Under the pieces are notes generated by a model. The model saw nothing but the letters and a program-made list of their open reading frames with translations. It was not told the DNA's origin and searched no databases. A DNA stretch of 62,901 bases from contig CAZVBO010000001.1 of the NCBI GenBank assembly GCA_964625685.1, positions 1 to 62,901 of the forward strand, written 5' to 3'. Made by a program: the position numbers and the translations under genes. This document shows, one piece after another, positions 1-7,398 of the stretch. This DNA comes from an uncultured Pseudomonadales bacterium (GTDB lineage Bacteria; Patescibacteriota; Microgenomatia; UBA1400; PJMF01). Within the stretch, counting starts at the first letter, position 1, and each line of letters begins with the position of its first letter.

Positions 1-173
1 TCACCTTAGGGTCGCCTAACCCGCACACGACGAACGTGGGTGCGGAAACCTTGGATATTCGGGGTTGAGGATTCTCACCTCAATCACGCTACTCATGCCG
101 GCATTCTCACTTCTGATCGCTCCAGCCAGTCCTCACGGCTGACCTTCAACGCACACAGAACGCTCCCCTACCG

Positions 174-320
174 CTCGCACTTCGCGCGAGAAATTCCAAA
201 CTCCACTTTTCCAAAATTCAAACATTTTTCAAACACTCATTCCTAAAGTTGGAATTTGATATCTGAATTTTGTTTGGTTTTTGGATTTTGGTATTTGAAA
301 ATTCTTGTGCGAAGCACAAG
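174..320 (-). repeat. IVS-like hairpin insertion in the 23S helix-45 region (modular repeat family)
   Basis: This block is unmatched between ACCGAAGUUUAGAG and CGGUAGGGGAGCG when compared with E. coli 23S from memory. Terminal GC hairpins (CUUGUGCUUCGCACAAG and CUCGCGCGAAGUGCGAG) flank a long A/U-rich imperfect palindrome of UUCCAAA/UUUGGAA units. Confidence 0.7.
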
Positions 321-934
321 CTCTAAACTTCGGTTATCAGTTTGAGCCTCGTTACATTTTCGGCGCACTCGTCCTAGGCTAGTGAGCTGTTACGCTTTCT
401 TTAAAGGATGGCTGCTTCTGAGCCGACCTCCTAGGTGTTTTAGGAAAAGCACTACCTTTCCCACTGAACTGATATTAGAGACCTTAGTTGTAGATCTGGG
501 ATGTTTCCCTTTTGCCTCTGGAGCTTAGCCCCCAGATACTGAGTGCCATGAAACACAATGAGGTATTCGAAGTTTGACTAGATGCTAGAAGTTTCCTCCC
601 AGACACCCGATCAGAGCCCTACCCCCTCATTGCTTAACATGACCCTATACCTAAATATATTTCGGGGAGAACCAGCTATCTCCGGGTTCGATTGGCATAT
701 TACCCCTAACCACAGCTCATCCGAGCATCTTGCAGCATACACCGGTTCGGGCCTCCACTGAGTATTACCTCAGCTTCACCCTGGCCATGGTTAGCTCACC
801 CGGTTTCGGGTCTATGACAATATACTTAACGCTCTATTCAAGCTCGCTTTCACTATGCATTCGTGATTGCATTCACTTATGCTTGCATATTGCCATAACT
901 CGCCGGCTCATTCTTCAATAGGCACGACATCACC

Positions 935-1076
935 ATGCGCTACGCGGAAAACTCCAAAATTCAAATTCCAAAGTACAAACAATTCTCAAAGGACAAGTAT
1001 CAAAATTGTAATTTGGTATTTGAGGTTTGTTTGGTTTTTGGATTTTGGTATTTGAAAATTTCTGTGCAACGCACAG
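935..1076 (-). repeat. IVS-like hairpin insertion in the 23S helix-25 region (modular repeat family)
   Basis: This block is unmatched between CUGAAACUAUCUGCUAACAAUCAGACAGAG and GGUGAUGUCGUGCCUAUUGAAGAAUGAGCCGGCGAGUU. It has the same architecture as the other two: CUGUGCGUUGCACAG, A/U-rich arms, then CCGCGUAGCGC. Confidence 0.7.
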
Positions 1077-1470
1077 CTCTGTCTGATTGTTAGCAGATAG
1101 TTTCAGGTACTATTTCACGGGGTCTTCAACCCTTCTTTTCACCTTTCCCTTACGGTACTCGTTCACTATCGGTCTTGTTTGGTATTTAGCCTTGGAGTGT
1201 GGTCACCCCAGCTTCAAAAGGGAGTTTGCCGTCTCCCAGTCTACTCAGGAACATTCTATAGCTTTTCTTGATTTCATATACGAGACTTTCACTCTCTTTG
1301 GTTACTTATTCCACAGTATTCTATTATCTTGAAAAGTCTAATGTTGAAGTCCTACAACCCCACGTAAGACGTGGTTTGGGCTATTCCCTGTTCGCTCGTC
1401 GCTTACTAAGGGAATCTCGTGCGATTTCTTTTCCTCGAGGTACTTAGATATTTCAGTTCTCTCGGTTACC

Positions 1471-1615
1471 CCTCTGCGCTGCGCGGAAAATTCCAATTTC
1501 CAAATATTCAAATTTCAAACAAGTTCCAGATTCCAGTCTTGTATTGAAATTTGGTATTTGAGTTTTGTTTGTTTTTTGAACTTTGGTATTTGAAAATTTC
1601 TGTGCAACACAGAGT
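1471..1615 (-). repeat. IVS-like hairpin insertion in the 23S helix-9/10 region (modular repeat family)
   Basis: This block is unmatched between GGGAAACCACGUCCCGCUAAUGCGGGAUGA and GGUAACCGAGAGAACUGAAAUAUC. It has the same architecture: CUGUGUUGCACAG, A/U-rich arms, then CCGCGCAGCGCAGAGG. Confidence 0.7.
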
Positions 1616-1989
1616 CATCCCGCATTAGCGGGACGTGGTTTCCCAATTCGGACACCACCGGATCAAAGCTTCTTGGCAGCTCCCCGATGACTATCGCGGC
1701 CTAGTACGTCCTTCTTCGGCCAAACAAGCCTAGGCATCCACTATCTGCATTAAGTCACATAATAACATGATTGATATTTTTAAGAATTCAAAATTATTGA
1801 AATGATATGTGAATACGGCCTATCCTGTACCAAAAAAGGTACAGGACAATTAGACCAATTCATATATACTCTTCACTTTTTAAGGAGCAATAAGCCTATG
1901 GCTTATTTAGCTGATAACAGCTAATTATTAGTTCTTCGTACTCTCCCGGTAAGGAAGAAACCAAGAACCAATAACTAGCCGTCATGTTG

Positions 1990-2063
1990 TGGACCTGAAG
2001 GGGCTCGAACCCTTGACCTCCACATTGCAAATGTGGCGCTCTAGCCAACTGAGCTACAGGCCC
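1990..2063 (-). tRNA. tRNA-Ala (anticodon UGC), 74 nt, no encoded CCA
   Basis: The reverse complement is GGGCCUGUAGCUCAGUUGGCUAGAGCGCCACAUUUGCAAUGUGGAGGUCAAGGGUUCGAGCCCCUUCAGGUCCA. It folds as a cloverleaf (7/4/5/5 stems) with anticodon loop UUUGCAA, the G3:U70 alanine identity pair and a GGUUCGA T-loop. Confidence 0.95.
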
Positions 2064-2246
2064 AAGCGACACGCTCAAATTAAGGTGCTACTTTTGCAAA
2101 GTAAAAAAACTCAGAGCAAAAGTATTCAGTTTGGTCTGTTCTGACTGTTGTAAAAAAGTTGAGGGATTATGCACTCTACGTAGTACATAATGTCGAATGT
2201 GGATCTGTTTTCTGCTTGATACAGAATTCCCGAACAGAGAATTAGT

Positions 2247-2275
2247 ATTGTAATACACCAAAAATAGAAATGCAA
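2247..2275 (-). promoter_or_regulatory. Sigma-70-type promoter candidate for the tRNA-Ala/23S transcription unit
   Basis: The minus strand reads TTGCAT (2275-2270), a 17-nt spacer, then TACAAT (2252-2247), about 185 nt upstream of the tRNA. Confidence 0.45.
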
Positions 2276-2287
2276 GGGGTCTTGTGA

Positions 2288-3172
2288 CTAAGGTGTCCGA
2301 TGCTTTCGAGCCTGCTCAAAAACTCTTAATTCGCTAAAATCCCCATCATCTTTAACCTCAGTTAATTCAAGAAAACTAATTACCGCACCAATTGAACCAA
2401 TAACAGCGTCTTTTATTAAAGGATCACTCTGAGAGGCTAAATATATCTTCATGGAATAAAGCAAAGACTCTAAAGGTTTGCGAATATTAAGGTCAACAAT
2501 TCGTGCTGTTTCTTCAATCTTTCCATCAAAACATGAGAAGTTATTTGGTAAATTTAGCAATGAATAGAAATCCAATATTGTTAGTTTTTCGTTATGATAA
2601 GAATATTCAATCCTATATTGCGATCTCGACTTAGAAGAAAGTTTAGTAAGAACAGATAATACCCTTGCTCTATCTAAACGGGCTATTTCGGTTTCTTTTA
2701 TAGTATTTAACAAATCTCTTTTATTTCCTTCTTTATCATTAACAAACTCCCAAGCTTCATTGAGAATTTTAACTATTTCTTCAGCTCGTTTTCTTTGAGA
2801 ACTGCATAAAGATCCTGTTTTATCTGGATGTAAAAAGAAAAGCCAAAAACGGTATCTTTGTCTGGCTTTTGATTTTTGATCACGTTCAGAAACCGAATCC
2901 GCCGAAAATAAAATATAGGGATCAATTATCAGCTTACCATTATATTTATATCTGGGAACAAATTTTACTCGTAGTTCAAATTCATGAATTAATTGTTCAA
3001 CTCTTGGTGAAAAGTCTCCGTCAAAATACAAAGGAAGCTCTTGTGGTTTCCTAAAAGCTGAAGGGTTGAATCTTAATATCTGGGAGAGCCTATCAGGAAT
3101 ATCTATAAATGCTTTTTCAGAAAAACTCTTCCCAACTGTAACTTCATCTTGGTGTTGTTCTGGCACACTCAT
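2288..3172 (-). CDS. J-domain (DnaJ-like) protein, otherwise uncharacterised
   Basis: 294-aa ORF. It carries an HPD motif in the typical J-domain context (RYRFWLFFLHPDKTG...AEEIVKILNEAWEFVNDKE). Confidence 0.6.
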   Translation of the reverse strand: MSVPEQHQDEVTVGKSFSEKAFIDIPDRLSQILRFNPSAFRKPQELPLYFDGDFSPRVEQLIHEFELRVKFVPRYKYNGKLIIDPYILFSADSVSERDQKSKARQRYRFWLFFLHPDKTGSLCSSQRKRAEEIVKILNEAWEFVNDKEGNKRDLLNTIKETEIARLDRARVLSVLTKLSSKSRSQYRIEYSYHNEKLTILDFYSLLNLPNNFSCFDGKIEETARIVDLNIRKPLESLLYSMKIYLASQSDPLIKDAVIGSIGAVISFLELTEVKDDGDFSELRVFEQARKHRTP

Positions 3173-3175
3173 AAT

Positions 3176-3886
3176 TTAGCTCCAATATTCCGGAAACTGT
3201 TTCATAAACTCTTTGCGTCTTTCTCCTTTTAATTCTGCAATAAAAGGTCGAAAGGTACTCAATCGATCATGAGCATGTTTATTGGCATATAACAGTTTAT
3301 TAATGTATTGCTGTAAATCCTCAGCCCGCATAATATTTTCAATGTAAAAATATTTTTTGTTAATTCTTTTTCCCAAACCTGAAGATTCCTCATCCGTAGC
3401 GATCCCAGAACTAGAAGCAGAGCTTCGTGCCGTCAATGTTCCCAACCCGAATAATGACTGAATAATCCCTTTAGTATAAGAACCTGTATCTACAATTTGA
3501 TCTAAAGGCAAAGACAAGTTATACCGACTCATCGGAGTAGTATAAACAAATTTAGTCAGACGTTTCGTTGTTAAAATAAAAAGACTTTTAAACCACAGGG
3601 TAGATATCCACCACCACCCAATAACTCCAAAAGCCAGTGCGGCTAAAACACTTACCAATTTAACGAGAGAACCTACAGAAACTGCCCCCAATTGAGCCAC
3701 TATCCCTCCCAGCCACCACCCAACAACCAGAACCACTCCCGCGGCTACAACTACGACCACTCTGCGTACCCACAGCATAATCGGATTTTCTCGCAACACA
3801 AATAAAATTTGCTCGTCGCTGGCTTGACCAGGAAATTTGTATTGATAGGGAAACTGAAACTGACTGACAGAAAAGATATTCTTCAT
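3176..3886 (-). CDS. Membrane protein with a bacterial PH-like (bPH_2/YdbS-like) domain
   Basis: 236-aa ORF. Two TM helices are followed by LTTKRLTKFVY...LPLDQIVD...GLGTLTARSS, which resembles bPH_2. Assignment is by eye only. Confidence 0.45.
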   Translation of the reverse strand: MKNIFSVSQFQFPYQYKFPGQASDEQILFVLRENPIMLWVRRVVVVVAAGVVLVVGWWLGGIVAQLGAVSVGSLVKLVSVLAALAFGVIGWWWISTLWFKSLFILTTKRLTKFVYTTPMSRYNLSLPLDQIVDTGSYTKGIIQSLFGLGTLTARSSASSSGIATDEESSGLGKRINKKYFYIENIMRAEDLQQYINKLLYANKHAHDRLSTFRPFIAELKGERRKEFMKQFPEYWS

Positions 3887-3892
3887 AAGCCT

Positions 3893-3898
3893 ATTATA
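3893..3898 (-). promoter_or_regulatory. -10 hexamer TATAAT 6 nt upstream of the ATG of 3176..3886 (leaderless candidate)
   Basis: The minus strand reads TATAAT aggctt ATG. Confidence 0.4.
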
Positions 3899-3930
3899 TC
3901 GGCTCTCACCAAAAGATAAGGATCAATTTC

Positions 3931-4980
3931 CTAAGGGATAACTTGTTCAACCTCTAAACCCTGTTGCTGAAGCAATGCTCGCTGATAAGGAGTCAGGTCC
4001 TGTAACTCTCGGGGAGTCACTAAGGGAGTATCAAAAACCTGAGTAAAGGCACCGAGTACATTCCCTTGTAGATCAACCATCTTTAAAATGAAATCTTTAG
4101 AAACTTGAGAAACATCAGTGGTGTTTTCGGGAACAGAAAAGTCTGTCTGTTGTCCAAAATCAGAAAAATCCAAATCAGCATTCCAGATAATCTCTGATTC
4201 TCCTGCCAAGAATTGGTGCCAACCCTCCAATACAGGAAGTCTTTCCAAAGATATAACAGTTGAAGTCTTGACCACTACCGGCAGAAATGAGTGCGCATCA
4301 ATTAAGACCACCATATGGAGGGGTGGCAACTGGTCAGTCGTCAACTGAAAGTTATCTCCAAATAATTGAGTCCCCAGAATTTCCAATTGTTCCGAGGTAA
4401 AAGCTACGGGAACTTCAAAAACTTCTTGTTCACCACGTTGTTGACGAGTAGCTTTTCCCACAGTGGGTAGATTCTTCAAGATATTAGCATCATAGTTTGC
4501 AAACTGGGTCTCAAACCAGCCCGAAGTCAATACGTTGAGATTTAATAAAGGCAACTGTGGTACTTGATTAAGCTTCACAAACAAAGCATCTTGGGTCACT
4601 ACACTCTCCCCCGCTCCGTTGAATGTAAAACCATGAATTGTCGCTTCAGCTTGGGTTTGTAAGTATACTTGAGTGTTATCATCTTTCCCTGACTTCAGCG
4701 CTCCCACCGAATGAGCCGTCATAAAAGTTTGAGAATTATTCTGACCAGAAAACTGCATGTCAGCATTCAGTTGTGCTGTATGAACTTGATTTAACTCGTA
4801 CCAAGCCTGTGATAAAACTTTTTGACCAGACTTATCACCAGGGAGTTGGAGATATAATTTTTGGAATTCGAAAAAAATATTTTTAGAGAGTCTCTGAGCC
4901 CAAACGGTTACTCCAGTTCCCAAGAGCAGTAACCCCATCACCCCAATTACGACTCCAATTTTGACTCTTTTCATAATCAC
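3931..4980 (-). CDS. Hypothetical N-terminally anchored extracytoplasmic protein
   Basis: 349-aa ORF with an N-terminal hydrophobic helix (VKIGVVIGVMGLLLLGTGVTVWA). No recognisable domain. Confidence 0.5.
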   Translation of the reverse strand: MIMKRVKIGVVIGVMGLLLLGTGVTVWAQRLSKNIFFEFQKLYLQLPGDKSGQKVLSQAWYELNQVHTAQLNADMQFSGQNNSQTFMTAHSVGALKSGKDDNTQVYLQTQAEATIHGFTFNGAGESVVTQDALFVKLNQVPQLPLLNLNVLTSGWFETQFANYDANILKNLPTVGKATRQQRGEQEVFEVPVAFTSEQLEILGTQLFGDNFQLTTDQLPPLHMVVLIDAHSFLPVVVKTSTVISLERLPVLEGWHQFLAGESEIIWNADLDFSDFGQQTDFSVPENTTDVSQVSKDFILKMVDLQGNVLGAFTQVFDTPLVTPRELQDLTPYQRALLQQQGLEVEQVIP

Positions 4981-4986
4981 CGACCC

Positions 4987-5790
4987 CTAAGGAAGTTGTT
5001 TTTGCAAGATTAAGTTTGCCACTTGAGCTACCCCATCTTCATCATTCGAGAGTACTTCTCTTTGAGCAATAGCCTTAATCTCTTCTTCCGCATTTCCCAT
5101 TGCTACGGCTATTCCCACTCGAGATAAAAACTCGCGATCATTCAGTCCATCCCCCACTCCAACCACCGATGCTAAGTCAATTTGAGATAATTCAGCCCAC
5201 TTTTCTACTCCCTCTTGTTTAGTCACACCAGGAGCGGTTAAGTCATAATAAGGGATATGGGTACCAGTAGCTTGCATCTCAATGGCGTGTACCTCTGACT
5301 GAGTTTCTAAGAATTTTCTGGTAGCTGGTGTCAAATCTTGAACCACAATTAAAGGCGTGCTCCAATCATTTCCCAATTCGGTTAATGGCTTGGCCTGATA
5401 CCCCCAGGGATGATCTTTAATGTGTGCTACATAGTTGTCATGACCATACATAGCATCATTTTTCCCTAAAACCACCTTGCTGCCTAAAGCCATTACCTGG
5501 TTGATCATCTGATGAGCGGTTTCAGAGTCAATACATCTTTCCCACAAAACAGTATTTGTTTCAGCATTTACCACTTGAGCTCCACCTGCTACTACGTGCA
5601 GATATTGCCGTCCAATTTTATCAAAAACATATCCCAACGTGGGATACTGCCGTCCAGTACACAAACAAACTTGAACACCACTATTTTCTAGCTCTTCGAG
5701 GGCGTGTGCTGTCTTTTCAGAAATAGATAAATCAGAGCGAATCAGAGTTCCATCCACATCAACTAGGAGCGCTTTAATGGGTTGAGTCAT
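4987..5790 (-). CDS. HAD-superfamily hydrolase, Cof-type (subfamily IIB) phosphatase
   Basis: 267-aa ORF with DVDGTLI (motif I) and GDGLNDREFL (motif IV). Confidence 0.75.
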   Translation of the reverse strand: MTQPIKALLVDVDGTLIRSDLSISEKTAHALEELENSGVQVCLCTGRQYPTLGYVFDKIGRQYLHVVAGGAQVVNAETNTVLWERCIDSETAHQMINQVMALGSKVVLGKNDAMYGHDNYVAHIKDHPWGYQAKPLTELGNDWSTPLIVVQDLTPATRKFLETQSEVHAIEMQATGTHIPYYDLTAPGVTKQEGVEKWAELSQIDLASVVGVGDGLNDREFLSRVGIAVAMGNAEEEIKAIAQREVLSNDEDGVAQVANLILQKQLP

Positions 5791-5797
5791 GTTTTTT

Positions 5798-5803
5798 AGT
5801 ATA
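5798..5803 (-). promoter_or_regulatory. -10 hexamer TATACT 7 nt upstream of the ATG of 4987..5790 (leaderless candidate)
   Basis: The minus strand reads TATACT aaaaaac ATG. Confidence 0.45.
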
Positions 5804-5819
5804 CTCTATTGAAAGGTTT

Positions 5820-5848
5820 CCCGCAGAGTGGGATCAGCCTTGGCCTGA
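5820..5848 (-). repeat. GC-rich mini-hairpin module (same family as 9305-9354 and 57436-57465)
   Basis: The minus strand reads TCAGGCCAAGGCTGATCCCACTCTGCGGG. The copy inside the HMG-CoA synthase gene reads CCAGCCCAAGGCTGGTCCGCCTCGGGCGG. Confidence 0.5.
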
Positions 5849-5971
5849 AGTATTTAATATAGTGGCCACATATTTCTACCCAATCGTCATCTCGGAATTC
5901 GAGTGTGCGAGAATATCCGGGATCTTTAAAGCAAGTATCCCCATAAAGGATTTCGGATAATTTCACTTCGT

Positions 5972-6442
5972 TTAATTTCTTTTTCTATTCTCAATCAAAA
6001 TAGTCGATGATACTTCTGGATTGTGCTGATGAACCACTTTCACCTCTCCCCCATATTTTTGTAAAATGCGTTGTTTGGACTCCAGATGAGGTGAGTGTGA
6101 TGAAACGGCCAAAACAGCAGGTCTGATTCCTGCAATCAACTGTTCGTGAGCCGCTGGAGTATTGAATTGATCTGGTAAAACAAAAATAAAGTCAGCAATA
6201 TCCCATTGAGCTAAATGTTGAAGTCGAACTTCCTGAGAAAAAACTGGCCTATCAGGTCCCTTCATGTGTTTGACTCGCACATCGCTCTCTAAACCAACTA
6301 CTAAAATATCTCCCACAGCTTTTGCCTTTTCTAAAAACAAACGGTGTTCCTGATGTAATACATCAAACACTCCCGTCACCAACACCAATTTTTGAGTTGA
6401 CCGATTAATACTTTTTAAAAAATGCTCTAACTTAGGATTCAT
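5972..6442 (-). CDS. Cytidylyltransferase-like nucleotidyltransferase (RfaE-II/TagD-like fold)
   Basis: 156-aa ORF. VLVTGVFDVLHQEHRLFLEKAKAVGDILVVGLESD matches the GxFDxxHxGH-type motif of this family. Confidence 0.55.
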   Translation of the reverse strand: MNPKLEHFLKSINRSTQKLVLVTGVFDVLHQEHRLFLEKAKAVGDILVVGLESDVRVKHMKGPDRPVFSQEVRLQHLAQWDIADFIFVLPDQFNTPAAHEQLIAGIRPAVLAVSSHSPHLESKQRILQKYGGEVKVVHQHNPEVSSTILIENRKRN

Positions 6443-7361
6443 AAGTCCTCATTAAACTGCGTTTCCAGTTACGCATAATCAGTTTTTTGGTGGGTCGAGG
6501 GTGAAAGAAAGCAAACCCACGGCCAATTTTTTCTAAAGTCTGATGCGGCCACATATACCATCTTTGGATTCCGTATACAATTTCATTCAAACCATCCCAA
6601 CCGATGGAGATTCCTCTACGCCAAATTTCAGAGCCAATAAAAACTTTTTCTATCGGCAGATCAGAATTAGGAATAATTTCTCGAGAAACCTCAGCATTGG
6701 GTAAGTACTGTGATATCCACTGATTGTCATCATAAAACTGTTGTTGGGTGCGGTGACGAGAAAAGAGACATCGAGTTTGGAGCACTTCGTAAGCGGTATA
6801 GAGACTCCGCTGTGAAACTGGCAATGATAAATGAGTGCTTTCCAACCACATATTAAAACACCACTGATCACTTCCTTTGCCTCGTCTAGAACGACGCTTT
6901 TTCTGACGCAAGGCCAACCAAAACACCCACAACCGGCTCAACCACAATCGATGAGGTTGAGTGACGATAAAAAAGTCTAAGTCATCATGAGCAGTCACAT
7001 TGTCCATTGCTAAAGAACCCGTTACAAACACTCCCCAAATCCAAGGTAATTGGCTAAGGGTATTGGCTACCTGATAGGCTTCAATCCATTTTTGTTGACT
7101 GTATTGTTGTCGGATCTTAGTCCAAGCAAAGTTACCCTCTTTTCCTGGTAAAGCTATTCTTACTCCTTGTCTCAAAAGAAGTCTCTTTTTTTCAAGCTGA
7201 GAAATAGTGAGCAGTAAAGTTTGCTCCCGTATTTGTGGGGGTAATGTATTCGGAGAAAATGCAATTAAACGAGCTTTTAATTGATCAATAGATAGAGCAT
7301 AGCGAAATTGATCCGTATAAGCTACTGTCGCTACAATAGCTCTAGCGAGACTCTGATTCAT
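6432..7361 (-). CDS. Pol-beta-type nucleotidyltransferase-domain protein (hypothetical)
   Basis: 309-aa ORF. GSLAMDNVTAHDDLDFFIV resembles the GS...DxD nucleotidyltransferase motif. Confidence 0.4.
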   Translation of the reverse strand: MNQSLARAIVATVAYTDQFRYALSIDQLKARLIAFSPNTLPPQIREQTLLLTISQLEKKRLLLRQGVRIALPGKEGNFAWTKIRQQYSQQKWIEAYQVANTLSQLPWIWGVFVTGSLAMDNVTAHDDLDFFIVTQPHRLWLSRLWVFWLALRQKKRRSRRGKGSDQWCFNMWLESTHLSLPVSQRSLYTAYEVLQTRCLFSRHRTQQQFYDDNQWISQYLPNAEVSREIIPNSDLPIEKVFIGSEIWRRGISIGWDGLNEIVYGIQRWYMWPHQTLEKIGRGFAFFHPRPTKKLIMRNWKRSLMRTYES

Positions 7362-7368
7362 GACAAGT

Positions 7369-7374
7369 ATTGTA
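7369..7374 (-). promoter_or_regulatory. -10 hexamer TACAAT 7 nt upstream of the ATG of 6432..7361 (leaderless candidate)
   Basis: The minus strand reads TACAAT acttgtc ATG. Confidence 0.45.
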
Positions 7375-7398
7375 ACAGTCTTCGCAAAAAATTGGGTA

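Larger units (their letters stand above)
1..1766 (-). rRNA. rrl: 23S (LSU) rRNA, 5' portion, truncated by the window start and interrupted by three ~145-nt insertions
   Basis: The reverse complement gives conserved LSU blocks. 1700-1760 reads AGAUAGUGGAUGCCUAGGC...GAAGGACGU (5' end). 1380-1470 reads GAGAACUGAAAUAUCUAAGUACCUCGAGGAAAAGAAAUC...GCGAGCGAACAGGGAA. 661-690 reads GGAGAUAGCUGGUUCUCCCCGAA. 121-173 reads GGUAGGGGAGCGUUCUGU. ORF-track ORFs inside it (40-246, 730-921, 867-1055, 1087-1332) are artefacts. Confidence 0.95.

Noticed and set aside
40-1332. ORF-track ORFs 40-246, 730-921, 867-1055 and 1087-1332
   Set aside because: They lie inside the 23S rRNA gene or its inserts on the antisense strand. 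Their low-complexity translations are artefacts of rRNA sequence.
1896-2078. 60-aa ORF overlapping tRNA-Ala
   Set aside because: It is fully explained by the tRNA gene and the rRNA spacer. There is no coding signal.
2064-2288. Hidden tRNA-Ile or 16S 3' end upstream of tRNA-Ala
   Set aside because: No cloverleaf-compatible sequence or anti-SD-containing 16S terminus is present. The region instead holds a good promoter match.
5791-5971. Possible small RNA or small ORF in the 181-nt spacer
   Set aside because: The only ORF is 21 aa and has no SD. The structured parts are explained by a copy of the GC mini-hairpin module and the hairpin-plus-tail motif family. Nothing matches a known RNA class that I can recognise.
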